A stretch of DNA of 24,919 nt, from positions 66,404-91,322 of IMG/VR virus record IMGVR_UViG_3300021579_000001; one strand, given 5' to 3'. A program made the translations under genes and the position numbers. The stretch is from a virus. The stretch's first letter is position 1. Each line of letters begins with the position of its first letter. This document shows positions 1 through 10,010 of this stretch, in pieces. The notes below the pieces were generated by a model, which saw nothing but the letters and a program-made list of their open reading frames with translations, was not told the DNA's origin and searched no databases.

Positions 1-735
1 GAGCTCCAGCGGTACCTGTGGCACCTTGCGCTCCATCTAGACCTGAGGTACCTGTTGCTCCCTGAATACCAGTTGCACCTTGTGTGCCCGTGGCTCCTTG
101 CGCACCAGACCCAGTAACACCTTGAACTCCTTGAGTACCTTGAGTACCTTGAGGCCCAGTTGAGCCTGTCGCTCCTTGAGCACCTGACCCAGTAACACCT
201 TGGATACCTTGGATGCCCTGCACACCTTGCGACCCATTGGTACCATTAATGCCGCTAATTCCTTGAACTCCCTGAGTTCCAGCTCCTGTTGTTCCTTGGG
301 CACCCGTACCTCCCTGAATACCTTGGATACCTTGTGTACCCTGCACTCCTTGGATACCTGTTGCTCCAGTCGTTCCTTGTGCCCCTGTTGCACCAGTGGT
401 GCCTTGAGCGCCAGTTGCTCCTTGAATACCTGTGGTTCCCGTGTTACCAGTGATTCCTTGAACACCTTGGATACCCTGTATTCCTGTCGCACCTTGCGTT
501 CCTGCACCAGTAGCCCCCTGAGCTCCAGTCGCACCTTGGGTACCCGTGGCTCCTTGGATACCAGTAGTCCCCGTAGCCCCAGTGAGTCCCTGTATTCCCT
601 GAATACCAGTAAACCCTTGGGTACCTGTAGCCCCCTGAGAACCCTGCGCCCCAGAGGTTCCAGAAACTCCTTGAATACCTTGGATACCTTGAACGCCCTG
701 AACACCTTGAGTTCCTTGGACACCTTGAGTACCAG
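1..735 (-). repeat. Collagen-like Gly-X-Y coding repeat
   Basis: 9-bp periodic ccttg/cctgt units on the + strand encode (G-x-Q/T)n on the - strand. Confidence 0.9.
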
Positions 736-1477
736 TAACTGATTTGTTCTTCCAAAGGTTAGTTGCGCTTTCCCAAACCACAGCTTGACCATCAGTAGGA
801 GAAGAAATGGCGACGTTATGGAGTTCGTCCAGTTCGTACCCGTTCTGGATTTTGACCAGGATTTCTCCATTTACAGGGTTAGAGCGAGTGACCACACCGA
901 CATAAACAAGGTGATTAGGTGCAGAAGGCTTATTAGCCAAACCAAACACCAAACCACCAGCAGTAGTAGGAGAAAGAAAAACAGGGTCACCAGCACTAGC
1001 CATAGACGTGTCAACATTGGATAAAAGACCATCAGTTACCACGTAACCTTTACCATTAGTAGCCAAGTCCTGCTCAAGAAGGCCTAAAGTTCTCGAAGAG
1101 GTAGCCTCAGTGTTTGCTTTAGCCAGCCTAACCAGCACGTTTGTTCCGTCAGCACCGTAAGTGTAGACTGCTTGAGCTTTAGTAACGGCAGCTCCAGTGT
1201 CGTTTTTAACGTAAGTGTGCAACCGTTCAATGACTGAAATGTTATCTTGCCAAGAAGCGTCGAAGCTAGTAGTAGAGTTCTTTGTTAGAATCTGTCCAGC
1301 AGTACCGCCAGTAGGAAGGGACGTTCCTTGGTAAGGAAGTCCTGACCAAACGGTAACTCCGTCACCCAACTTGAACTTAGACGTATCACTTTCAAACCCA
1401 AGTTCACCTGCAGCAAGGATAGGGTCAACTGAAAGCCACGCAGCTTGGGTGCCTCTTTTATGCGAAAAAGTAATCAA
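1..1477 (-). CDS. Collagen-repeat tail fibre/virion protein, 3' end outside window (absent from ORF track)
   Basis: Hand translation from TTG at 1477: (M)[48 protein letters not shown]. This matches the Mtd/hyaluronidase-like N-terminal fibre motif. About 245 aa of G-X-Y repeats (QGATG, QGIQG) follow from ~735 to the window edge. Start codon uncertain. Confidence 0.88.
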   Translation of the reverse strand, partial: MITFSHKRGTQAAWLSVDPILAAGELGFESDTSKFKLGDGVTVWSGLPYQGTSLPTGGTAGQILTKNSTTSFDASWQDNISVIERLHTYVKNDTGAAVTKAQAVYTYGADGTNVLVRLAKANTEATSSRTLGLLEQDLATNGKGYVVTDGLLSNVDTSMASAGDPVFLSPTTAGGLVFGLANKPSAPNHLVYVGVVTRSNPVNGEILVKIQNGYELDELHNVAISSPTDGQAVVWESATNLWKNKSVTGTQGVQGTQGVQGVQGIQGIQGVSGTSGAQGSQGATGTQGFTGIQGIQGLTGATGTTGIQGATGTQGATGAQGATGAGTQGATGIQGIQGVQGITGNTGTTGIQGATGAQGTTGATGAQGTTGATGIQGVQGTQGIQGIQGGTGAQGTTGAGTQGVQGISGINGTNGSQGVQGIQGIQGVTGSGAQGATGSTGPQGTQGTQGVQGVTGSGAQGATGTQGATGIQGATGTSGLDGAQGATGTAGA

Positions 1478-1508
1478 AGTATTGTGCCAATCAAATAACT
1501 GCTAGTTG

Positions 1509-3668
1509 CTAAGCCCAAGCACCTGTTGAAGCGGTTGTGCCTGAGTTGGACAATGGGGTGATGACCAAAAAGTTTTCGGCGTAAAGGTTAGCAACTCCTG
1601 ATGTGAGAGCCGCGCTCCATTGGATAGACGGAATAATTGTTCCAGCGGTTGTGATGCGTAGAACGCCTTGCCCGCTGGTGATGTAGTTTCGAGCTGTTGA
1701 AGCCGTGGTGCTGGTGATGGTCAACGCTAAAGCGATGCTTTGAGCAGTTGATTGGGAGATGTTAGCCGCGCCCAAGTTGCCCGCGCCCGCAAATGAGTTC
1801 ACTGTGTAGCTGGCCGTTCCCACAGCTGTGCCACCGCCACGCATTGAGAGCTGCATCGAAGCTGAAACTGCCGATGTTGCGACGCTTGCTTCAATCGCAA
1901 ACTCGAACCGATACGTGCCGATAGGCAGCGTGATGGTGTCGTTAGCTGCTGGAAAGATTGGGTAGTTTGTTGCTGTTGCAATTCCTGGCGCAGTTCCCAG
2001 CCCCGAAGTGAAAAGTGGTGTAGCCAATGGCGCACGACCAAGTTGGTTATTAACTGTCAGCGCAAGCACTTGACCGTTGAACTCTACTGCACCTGCGCTA
2101 GGTGGTGATGCAGACAACGTTCCAGCGGTGAAGTTGATTTGACCAAATGAACCATTTTGAGTTGCGGTAATAATGTTTGGGATTGACAAAGTTCCCGTTG
2201 CGTTTATGCTCGCGGTTGCTGATGCCGCACCAATCGACCACCATTCTTGCAAAGCAAACGGGCCTGTGTTGCCGTTGTCGTTTGTGCCGTTGATTTTGAT
2301 TGCTGGGCCTGTTGCAGCAACCTGTTCGCCACCAGCAATGAGACCAACAGTGAAAGTTGGAGCATTTGCGAAAGTGCAAGTGCCAGTATTTGACACTTTG
2401 AAGAAGCTCACGCCAGCGCTGTTTTGCACGTCAAATACGTTGGCCGTTTGCGAGGCCGCGGCTTTGAGAACAACAGGAACGGTCGTGGCGTTTTGCGCGA
2501 CGATGGTTTGTGTTGCTGATGGTGTGAGAGATACACCGCCACCAGTGCCGTTAGAAGCTGCAGTGATACGGCCTTGAGCGTCAACAGTCAAGTTAGTGTT
2601 TGTATAACTGCCTGCTGTGACTGCCGTGTTAGCCAACCCCAAAACAGCCGAAGTAGACGTACCACTATTAGTGATTGGTGCAGAGACTGACAGAACACCC
2701 GAAGGACCTGTTGCTCCTTGGATACCCGAGGTACCTGTGCTACCAAGAATACCTTGAATACCTTGGGTACCTTGAGCTCCGACTCCAGTGGAACCTTGAG
2801 TGCCAGTGGCACCTTGGATACCTGTGGTTCCTTGAACTCCTTGAGCTCCCGTGACACCTTGGGCACCAGTCGCACCTTGAAGTCCTGTGAGCCCAGTAAC
2901 TCCTTGGACTCCTTGTATGCCAGTACTGCCGATAGTTCCTTGAATACCTTGTGCACCAATTGCACCTTGGATACCTTGAGCGCCAGTTGGCCCAATGTCT
3001 CCATTTCTAGCAAAAGTTATGCTTACTGGGAGTAAGTTGTCAAAAGTAGTGGCTGGACCAGATACGTACGCAATAGGTACTTCAAAGTAAGTGTCATGGT
3101 GATAGTGGTTACCTACTATAGAAAAGTAGGCAAAGTTATTTGGATTACCGTTAGCAGATAGTTTAAATGTGCCCTTGATAGGTGAGCTACTGTCGTCAAT
3201 GGTAGTAAGAAACGCTGAGACGTCAACTCCAGAGCTATCGTAGTATGAAATAAACAACTGAGTTGATGACGGTAACGCTGCGTCAAACTTTAAGTTACCC
3301 AAACCTGGGTTAGAGTCGACGGTGTCCGTTAAAAAATTATAGGAAAATGTAGCCCCACCAAAGTTTCCCGTAGTTCCCTGAGACCCTGTGGTTCCTTGCA
3401 CACCTTGAGTTCCTGTTGCACCTTGGGTTCCTGTTGCACCTTGGGCACCAGTGATGCCTTGTGCACCAGTAGTTCCTTGAGCACCAAGAGTTCCCTGAAC
3501 ACCTTGAATACCCTGAGGTCCTCTTTGGTTAGGTACACCTGGTAGCAAAGAAATGTCAATAGCAGGATAGCCTGGGCTACTAGGGTTTGGAGAAGTTCCT
3601 AAAAGCGAGACATCTACTGCAGGATTTTGCGGTACGCTATCTGGCGGTGTTGATGGGTTTACACTCAT
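1509..3668 (-). CDS. Collagen-repeat tail fibre / receptor-binding protein (719 aa)
   Basis: Two G-X-Y tracts, the fibre motif '[25 protein letters not shown]', and a Thr/Ala/Gly-rich C-terminal beta domain. Confidence 0.85.
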   Translation of the reverse strand: MSVNPSTPPDSVPQNPAVDVSLLGTSPNPSSPGYPAIDISLLPGVPNQRGPQGIQGVQGTLGAQGTTGAQGITGAQGATGTQGATGTQGVQGTTGSQGTTGNFGGATFSYNFLTDTVDSNPGLGNLKFDAALPSSTQLFISYYDSSGVDVSAFLTTIDDSSSPIKGTFKLSANGNPNNFAYFSIVGNHYHHDTYFEVPIAYVSGPATTFDNLLPVSITFARNGDIGPTGAQGIQGAIGAQGIQGTIGSTGIQGVQGVTGLTGLQGATGAQGVTGAQGVQGTTGIQGATGTQGSTGVGAQGTQGIQGILGSTGTSGIQGATGPSGVLSVSAPITNSGTSTSAVLGLANTAVTAGSYTNTNLTVDAQGRITAASNGTGGGVSLTPSATQTIVAQNATTVPVVLKAAASQTANVFDVQNSAGVSFFKVSNTGTCTFANAPTFTVGLIAGGEQVAATGPAIKINGTNDNGNTGPFALQEWWSIGAASATASINATGTLSIPNIITATQNGSFGQINFTAGTLSASPPSAGAVEFNGQVLALTVNNQLGRAPLATPLFTSGLGTAPGIATATNYPIFPAANDTITLPIGTYRFEFAIEASVATSAVSASMQLSMRGGGTAVGTASYTVNSFAGAGNLGAANISQSTAQSIALALTITSTTASTARNYITSGQGVLRITTAGTIIPSIQWSAALTSGVANLYAENFLVITPLSNSGTTASTGAWA

Positions 3669-4723
3669 AGGATTACTTCGCTAACTCTAGTAGTGTAAAA
3701 GTCTGAACCAGCAATCTCTACTTGTGCGCTAGTGTTAGGGTCAACAGATGATAGCGATAGGTAAGTGCGACCAGCCAAACGCAAAGTTTGGTCAGCGGTC
3801 AAAGAGACCGTGGCAGTGTAGGTACCGTTCCCATGGTCCAAAACGGACATACTAATATTTTGAACGACCAGTACACTGCCACGCTGATTAAGCAAGTTGC
3901 ATAGGAAGGTGAATCCTGTGTATGCACCGCTAAATGTGATTGTGTCAGTCCATGCTCTACCTTGGTAGGCAGTGAACTGAGGGACGGTAGTAGGCCATGC
4001 TGGTGGCTTATCTCCGTAAGTAGGTAGCTGGTCGTGAACGCGCAACGGATACGAGCGGTCGTCCACTTCTTGAGGCTTATAGACAGGAACGTATCTTCCC
4101 GTAGATTTTGCGATACGTCTAACAGTAAACGTATCAATTTTGTACATGCCTATACCGAGCTGAACACATAGCTCTTTGTACTGGGCTTGTCGTTGCTGTA
4201 CCATTTCCATCAACTGGCGGTAACGTTCCGAGCGAGGAATGCTCACGCCATCAGGTGCAGCAATGTCGATGTCAAACGAGGCATCAGTAGCAAGGGTGTA
4301 TAGGGCCAGAGAAGTAGCGTAAATGGCCACAGGGTACTCTTCAATGGTCGGTAGAGTATCCCCCGTCAAGTTCTGCCCTAAAGAGTTTACGTGCCCTGCA
4401 GAGTGCTGTGAGACAGCGTCTGTGACTAGGCTAGATAGCTCAGTACCTGTGAAATAACGGTAGTATGTTCCAGTAACGGTGATTTCAGCACCATCAGCAG
4501 GAACGGTAGTCAGAGTCAAGATTCCTGTGGACTCTTCGATGTAGGAAGTGTTGCTAACGTCTACGCCATCTTTTTTGACGATAACTGTCTGTGCGTCAAT
4601 AGGAGAGTAGTGCAACTCAAAACGGTTAGTGGTACCATCAGCAACAAACTGCTCAATAAAGGCTTTGCCGAGGTCACCAAGTTCTAGCCGAACACGGCTA
4701 ACCAAACTAGAAATCGTTGCCAC
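3665..4723 (-). CDS. Virion structural protein, probable head-to-tail adaptor
   Basis: GTG start with GGAGG RBS. N-terminal '[11 protein letters not shown]' motif, a position just downstream of the capsid genes, and ATGA coupling to the fibre gene. Confidence 0.6.
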   Translation of the reverse strand: MATISSLVSRVRLELGDLGKAFIEQFVADGTTNRFELHYSPIDAQTVIVKKDGVDVSNTSYIEESTGILTLTTVPADGAEITVTGTYYRYFTGTELSSLVTDAVSQHSAGHVNSLGQNLTGDTLPTIEEYPVAIYATSLALYTLATDASFDIDIAAPDGVSIPRSERYRQLMEMVQQRQAQYKELCVQLGIGMYKIDTFTVRRIAKSTGRYVPVYKPQEVDDRSYPLRVHDQLPTYGDKPPAWPTTVPQFTAYQGRAWTDTITFSGAYTGFTFLCNLLNQRGSVLVVQNISMSVLDHGNGTYTATVSLTADQTLRLAGRTYLSLSSVDPNTSAQVEIAGSDFYTTRVSEVIL

Positions 4724-4787
4724 GAATCCTCCAAAATATTTATACTTCTATAATCCCTGATAATGGGTCAAAATACAGGGCAAACGT

Positions 4788-4835
4788 AAAAAGTCCACCC
4801 TGCTGGTGAGGAGGGCGGTAACCAGCAGAGTGGAC
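4788..4835 (-). terminator. Intrinsic terminator with C/U-rich loop
   Basis: Minus strand GTCCACTCTGCTGGT-taccgccctcctc-ACCAGCAGGGTGGAC-TTTTT: 15-bp stem with one G-U, then U5. Confidence 0.85.
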
Positions 4836-4846
4836 AGACTAAGGGG

Positions 4847-5227
4847 CTAGTTAAGCCAGAGGTAGCCTTTACTCTGCAAGTACTCTGCGAGGTCACGAGG
4901 GACCGAATACTTAACACCATTTTTAAAGGTGAAGTTCTGAGGAGTTCCGTTGATAACACCGTAAGTCATGTCTTCAATGTCGGTGATAGTACGGATTACA
5001 ACTTTGTCGTTGTTGACAGAAACTCCGACGTACTCAATCTCGTCAAGGAGAATTGGCTTGTCAGGGGTTTTTGGGTCAAAGACGTCTTTTTCAAGACTTT
5101 CTTGCTCAATCTTACGAGATAGAGCAACTTCTTCTTTGCGGTCTGCAAGCTCTTTAGCTCGTGCTTTTGCAGCCTGTTCTGCTGCGCGGCCAGTAGTGTC
5201 TGCTGGACTTGTTGGTGAATTTGCCAC
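4847..5227 (-). CDS. Hypothetical capsid-associated protein (126 aa)
   Basis: ORF track; AGGAAG RBS; directly downstream of the capsid gene. Confidence 0.8.
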   Translation of the reverse strand: MANSPTSPADTTGRAAEQAAKARAKELADRKEEVALSRKIEQESLEKDVFDPKTPDKPILLDEIEYVGVSVNNDKVVIRTITDIEDMTYGVINGTPQNFTFKNGVKYSVPRDLAEYLQSKGYLWLN

Positions 5228-5264
5228 GATGTAATCTTCCTGTTAGTTTTTAGATGTTTGTGTT

Positions 5265-5284
5265 GGGGGCCCCGAAGGGCCCCC
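5265..5284 (-). terminator. C(UUCG)G hairpin after the capsid gene (U-less terminator or mRNA stabiliser)
   Basis: Minus strand GGGGGCCC-TTCG-GGGCCCCC, no U tract. Confidence 0.6.
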
Positions 5285-5298
5285 TCCACGATTGGCTA

Positions 5299-6474
5299 CT
5301 AGTTGGTGTAAACCTTGTTGATAGCCTGGTCGGTAATGATACCTAGACCCCAGATAGCATACCATGCTAGAGCGTGCTCACGACCGAAGTCTAGAACACC
5401 ACCATCACGGAGCTCAACTGGAAGTGCAATAGCGTGACCGAATGCGTTGTCACCAATCATGATTGACTCGTAAACGGTTGAGCTGGTTGCAGGTGAGGTA
5501 GCTGATGCAGGAACGGTGCTGTTTGCGCCACCATTAGGGTTAGCTGAACCTGGGTAACCTGATGGGTTACCACCAGCACCTGGGTCAGTGTTAGCAGCCA
5601 CTGGAACACCAGTCTGGCCGTAGCTGTTGCCTGATGCGTTGATGTCGCCAACCGATGAGGTGTAGTTAAGGACGCTTGCAGCAGCAAACTGGTTAACCTG
5701 AGTGGTCTCGATGAATACGACGTCGTATAGACGACCGATTTCACCTAGCATGAAGTTACCTGGAGCAGCGTACTTGGTAACTTCGATGAACTCTGGGTTC
5801 GAGCGAAGGTCACGTGACTGCTTAGGGTGGATGAACTGAACGTAGGTCTCACCGATTCTTGGGATGTTCTTTGAAGCAAGAACAAGAGCCGAGTCCTTGA
5901 TAGCACCAGTGGTCAACTTGAAGTTACCGTTTAGGTCGCTAATCTTGGTACCAACGGTACCTTCAGCGTAGGTGTTGTAGGTGGTTGCAGCGGTGTAACC
6001 CGAGCGGTCGTAACCAAACGATGCTGAAGTAGCAGCCGAAAGGGTGTTACGTGCCTGGATGTCCAAGTACTGAGCCATGTGACGACCAAGGAGACGTGAA
6101 GCCGAAGCCATAACGTCATCAAACGAAGCGTTCAATAGAAGTTCCGAAACAGCAGTAGCGTAGCCGTGCTCAGCAACGGTGATAGCAATCTGCTCTGCGG
6201 TAAGTGCGTTAGTGGTCATACGAACACCTTCGGTAAGTGGAGTCGCGTCCACTGCGAAGTTCTTGTAACGTAGGAAGTTAACACGTAGACCAGGTGACAC
6301 ACCAAGCTCAGTCTTCTTAACAGCGAACTGCTCGAAGCGGAGGATTGGCATTGCCTGGAAAAGGATTTCCTTCGACCAGATGGTTTGGATTGATTGCGAT
6401 AGCTGGCTGTTTGAACCAGAATACGCGGTAGGGGCAGCTGCGAGCTGACCTGAACCAGTAATAGCTGACGCCAT
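5299..6474 (-). CDS. Major capsid protein, N4-gp56 family
   Basis: Motifs 'IQTIWSKEIL', 'F(I)HPKQSRDLR', 'GEIGRLYDVVFIET', 'DFGREHALAWY'; strong codon bias; GAAAGGA RBS. Confidence 0.92.
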   Translation of the reverse strand: MASAITGSGQLAAAPTAYSGSNSQLSQSIQTIWSKEILFQAMPILRFEQFAVKKTELGVSPGLRVNFLRYKNFAVDATPLTEGVRMTTNALTAEQIAITVAEHGYATAVSELLLNASFDDVMASASRLLGRHMAQYLDIQARNTLSAATSASFGYDRSGYTAATTYNTYAEGTVGTKISDLNGNFKLTTGAIKDSALVLASKNIPRIGETYVQFIHPKQSRDLRSNPEFIEVTKYAAPGNFMLGEIGRLYDVVFIETTQVNQFAAASVLNYTSSVGDINASGNSYGQTGVPVAANTDPGAGGNPSGYPGSANPNGGANSTVPASATSPATSSTVYESIMIGDNAFGHAIALPVELRDGGVLDFGREHALAWYAIWGLGIITDQAINKVYTN

Positions 6475-6520
6475 TTGATGGTTTCCTTTCGGTTAGATTG
6501 ATGTAGTGATTTTCTCGGAG

Positions 6521-7282
6521 TTAGTTTCCGAAAAGACCCTGACCTCTATTATTTGAGCCTGAACGAAGGAGTTTATCCCTGTTCTTGATGTAGTCTGCCA
6601 TTGACATGTTTGAAATGTCCTGGGGGATACTTGATGACGAGTCGTTGTCGAGGGGTCCAGAGGCAGGCGACGTTACACGTGCACCAACCATTTCCTTTCG
6701 ACTCTGCTGCGCAACTTGCGAAACAGAATCTAAGATTTTCGCAGTACGTTCCTTGAGACTAAGGATTGACTGCTCGATTTCATCCTTAGAATTGCCGTTG
6801 ATTAGGTCAACCAACTCAGGCATGATGTTGTCGCGTTCTGCTTCAAGGCGCTGCAAACGATAGTTCTGCAGTTCCTGATAGTCACGCTCGCGCTGTAGAA
6901 GTGCAAATGCTCGTTCACGTTCTTGGCGCTCTGCATCAATTTGTTTCTGCCATTCAGACTCTTTGGTCTTCACATACTCCTTGGCAGACATCTCATCTTC
7001 TTGCTGGGCCTTACGGGCTGCTTCACGCTCTGCACGCTTTGCGGCACGTTCCGCTTCACGCTCAGCTTCTCTAGAAGCAACTTCTTCACGCTCTTTACGA
7101 AGATTTGAGATTTCTTCTTGAAGCTTCTCAAGTTGAGGGTACAGCTTGTCCTTCTCCTGCTTACGAGCTTCCTGAATGCGCTTGGCAATAGTGTCGTTGT
7201 CAGGGTTAGTTGAAGTGCTAATCTCAGCGTTGAATGCTTCGCTTGGGCTTGAGGTATCTACGCCCACAGTATCTTTTTCCAT
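6521..7282 (-). CDS. Capsid scaffolding protein
   Basis: E/K/R coiled-coil protein between portal and capsid genes, with C-terminal 'ISNMSMADYIKNRDKLL'. Confidence 0.75.
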   Translation of the reverse strand: MEKDTVGVDTSSPSEAFNAEISTSTNPDNDTIAKRIQEARKQEKDKLYPQLEKLQEEISNLRKEREEVASREAEREAERAAKRAEREAARKAQQEDEMSAKEYVKTKESEWQKQIDAERQERERAFALLQRERDYQELQNYRLQRLEAERDNIMPELVDLINGNSKDEIEQSILSLKERTAKILDSVSQVAQQSRKEMVGARVTSPASGPLDNDSSSSIPQDISNMSMADYIKNRDKLLRSGSNNRGQGLFGN

Positions 7283-7413
7283 AAATGTACTCTTTTCGTT
7301 TTCTTGGTCGTCTTCCGAATTAATGCCACATGACCTTGTCAGTTTGTTACTGAACTAGTTCACCCTAAATTTAGAAACAAATGTTCCTAAACTCACTGCA
7401 AACTAGAACTTTT

Positions 7414-9144
7414 TTAGTTATCGTCAGAGTTTTTTACTACTCTGCGTTGCGGAACGTTACTTCCGTAAGCTTCTTTAACCAAAGTTTCTCTAATGTCCTG
7501 CTCAGCCATCGCACTTTGCTGTGCAATTTCTCCAGCAGCAGGGTCTTCACCCTGAGGCCCAATCTGACCATCACCTAAGGTATCCCCATCGCCAAGTAGC
7601 ATAGGGTCGATAGGAGTAGCTGAACCATCAGGTCCCGCCATCATTCCAGTCAAGTCCATAATCTGCTTGTTAATCTGAACCTTTAGCAAGTTGAGTGCGC
7701 CCTCAGCCTCAGCATCAGCCATAAGCTCAGCGCGAATTTCTTGCAACTTCTCTTCAGGGAACTCTTCGCCAAGCTGGCGCAATGCGCCTTCTTTGGACTC
7801 AAGCCCCATCGACATCTTCTGCGAAAGCTCGTTCAAAAGAACTAGCTTGTCTAGAGGTAGTGGAGGAGGGAAGTGGGCGTAAGTAATGTAAGTAAGAGGG
7901 TCGTTAGGGTCCAGCTGTGGTAGCTGGCCTTCCTTGATAGGACCATCGTTTTCAGGGTCATACATCAAAGCCTGAGGCTCTTTGACTGCAAGCTGAAGAA
8001 TGACTAGCTCGTTGATTCTCTCAAGTCCTCGACCATACTGCGACACCTTCTGGGTGTGACGGTTCATTAGAGGCTGGAACTGGATAGAAAGAGCAACACC
8101 TGAGGTGTTAGAGATTGCCTGAGACTGCCCTAGAGCATTTTCTGGAACCTGCATGATTTCGTGCATAGACATCTTTAGTCTGTCCATGAACTCTAGCGCA
8201 CCCTGAATACCTGCTGCGCCACCTTCAAGGTTGAACACGCTTGCGTCTTTAGGGAGACCTCCCCAAACCTTTTTAGCACCCTTTTCAAGGTTAGAGGCTT
8301 TTGCTCCAACGATAACTGTTACAGGAGCTGCATGGTAGTTCACAATGTCCGCTATGTCAGTGGCGATTTCATTGTACGAACGATTTATGGCAATAATGTC
8401 GTGAGCGTCTGAAAGACCCCAAGGCGAACCAGATACAGGAATGTTAGGAATGTGGACAACAGGAATCTGACCCAAAGGGTTCGGGCGGCTGTCAATAAGC
8501 TCATCATTAACGTACTCCTCAATAACGTCATCAGTAAGAATTTCGGTGTAAGTGAATACCTGACGGGTACCTTCTAGTGAGGTTCCCCAGAAACGGTACT
8601 TCTGCTTGAAGCGAAGAAGGCGGGTTCTGTCATGTGGGTGGAACTCAGGGAAAGCAAATGCTGAGTTCAAAGGAAGGATGCGAACTCTTCCAGGGTGGTA
8701 ACGTCCAATGCTGTCTTCCCAAGCCTCTTCGTAAGCAACCTTAACGAAACAGTCACCAGTAATACCGCCAAGCTGAGCCATCTCAAATAGGATGTGCTGT
8801 TTGTCGTTGTCTACGGTCCAAACTCTCTCTAGGCGGTCTGGGATGATTGCCTCAGTAGCTTTAGGGCTACGGAAGTGAACTCCATTACCAAAAGTAAATC
8901 TGGAAATATAGTCTAAGAAAGTTCTGTAGTAGTTGAGCGAAATTTGCATTTCGCCTTGTTCTCTACGATAGCCCCAGTGGTGTCCGAGGTACATAGCCCA
9001 GTTAAGCGAGTAACGGTTTAAGCGAGGACCGTGAACCTCGAACTCTTCATCAGCAAGTTCTACTAGACCAAGAGGTGAAATAGAGATGGTTAGGTCAGAT
9101 GACGCAGCTCTATAACTAGGTGGAGAAAAGTCTGTAAAAGACAT
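7414..9144 (-). CDS. Portal protein (SPP1 gp6-like)
   Basis: 576 aa; motif 'PNPLGQIPVVHIPN...WGLSD'; 'SGVAL' motif; located between terminase and scaffold. Confidence 0.88.
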   Translation of the reverse strand: MSFTDFSPPSYRAASSDLTISISPLGLVELADEEFEVHGPRLNRYSLNWAMYLGHHWGYRREQGEMQISLNYYRTFLDYISRFTFGNGVHFRSPKATEAIIPDRLERVWTVDNDKQHILFEMAQLGGITGDCFVKVAYEEAWEDSIGRYHPGRVRILPLNSAFAFPEFHPHDRTRLLRFKQKYRFWGTSLEGTRQVFTYTEILTDDVIEEYVNDELIDSRPNPLGQIPVVHIPNIPVSGSPWGLSDAHDIIAINRSYNEIATDIADIVNYHAAPVTVIVGAKASNLEKGAKKVWGGLPKDASVFNLEGGAAGIQGALEFMDRLKMSMHEIMQVPENALGQSQAISNTSGVALSIQFQPLMNRHTQKVSQYGRGLERINELVILQLAVKEPQALMYDPENDGPIKEGQLPQLDPNDPLTYITYAHFPPPLPLDKLVLLNELSQKMSMGLESKEGALRQLGEEFPEEKLQEIRAELMADAEAEGALNLLKVQINKQIMDLTGMMAGPDGSATPIDPMLLGDGDTLGDGQIGPQGEDPAAGEIAQQSAMAEQDIRETLVKEAYGSNVPQRRVVKNSDDN

Positions 9145-9443
9145 TACTTTTTATCTCCAGATTTCTTTTTGAGCTTTGCTAGCTTTTCTTTTTTTGAATC
9201 TTTGGGCTCGCTCTTACGGTCTTCCCCATGGGCAAGCTTTTTGTGTCGAGCAGCTTCTACCGCTTTAGCAGCAAGCTTTTTGCGATAAGTCACATCGGTA
9301 GAGTCTTGGAACTTTCCGCCAAGTTCAAGGTAACGACGGTGTACCCAGTGCGATGCACCTGGGCTAGGGTAGATTCTATATTTGGCTTTAGCTTGGGTTA
9401 CAACCATGGCGTAAAGCTTTTCGTTTAGTGGTACCTGTGACAT
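9144..9443 (-). CDS. Hypothetical basic protein (99 aa)
   Basis: ORF track; GAGGAG RBS; TAATG overlap with the portal gene. Confidence 0.8.
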   Translation of the reverse strand: MSQVPLNEKLYAMVVTQAKAKYRIYPSPGASHWVHRRYLELGGKFQDSTDVTYRKKLAAKAVEAARHKKLAHGEDRKSEPKDSKKEKLAKLKKKSGDKK

Positions 9444-9463
9444 GCGAGCTCCTCAACCAATGT

Positions 9464-9501
9464 CCTTATCCCTACTTTACATTCATAAAGTAGGGATAAG
9501 G
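9464..9501. terminator. Perfect 16-bp inverted repeat (terminator or operator)
   Basis: ccttatccctacttta-cattca-taaagtagggataagg. Confidence 0.6.
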
Positions 9502-9513
9502 TACTAAACGGTT

Positions 9514-9909
9514 TTAGTCGTTTACTACAGTTGCGTTCAAGCGGACGTTGCGTCCACCAGTTACAACCTTGGTTTCGATAAGCTGTTCTGCGTTCTGTGA
9601 GAACGAGCCGTGAGCAAACTCTGAAAGGAAGGTTGGAGCTTCAATCCATGATGCCGAACCTACGTGAGCGCGTTCGCTCAAGGTTTCAGCAGCAGGCTTC
9701 TGCCATACTGGAGCGTTACGGTTTGGGCGACCTGGAGCAGCTGCAAAGCCATTCTGGATTCCTACCTGAAAGTCACTAGGTACGTCAGTGTCGGTTGCGA
9801 TGCCTTCTTCAAAACGAAGAGGTCCACGACGCTCTAGGTTTCCAGCTGGCTTTAGTTCATACGCCTGTGGCGCACGCTCTGGGAATTGTGGTGCAGGGGC
9901 GAGACCCAT
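9514..9909 (-). CDS. Hypothetical protein of the head module (131 aa)
   Basis: ORF track; AAGGAG RBS; codon usage resembles the capsid gene. Confidence 0.85.
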   Translation of the reverse strand: MGLAPAPQFPERAPQAYELKPAGNLERRGPLRFEEGIATDTDVPSDFQVGIQNGFAAAPGRPNRNAPVWQKPAAETLSERAHVGSASWIEAPTFLSEFAHGSFSQNAEQLIETKVVTGGRNVRLNATVVND

Positions 9910-10010
9910 GGGAACTCCTTAAATAGGGTGGGAAAGGAACTAGTATTTCCTTTAAACACTTTAACGAACTATGTTTGGTTTTTGTTGCTAAAAAAGATTG
10001 CAGATAATGA

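Noticed and set aside
37-870. Track ORFs 37..870, 200..742, 444..755, 2588..3013, 2718..3035 and similar
   Set aside because: Off-frame or antisense shadows of the collagen G-X-Y repeats; the real frame is the fibre gene.
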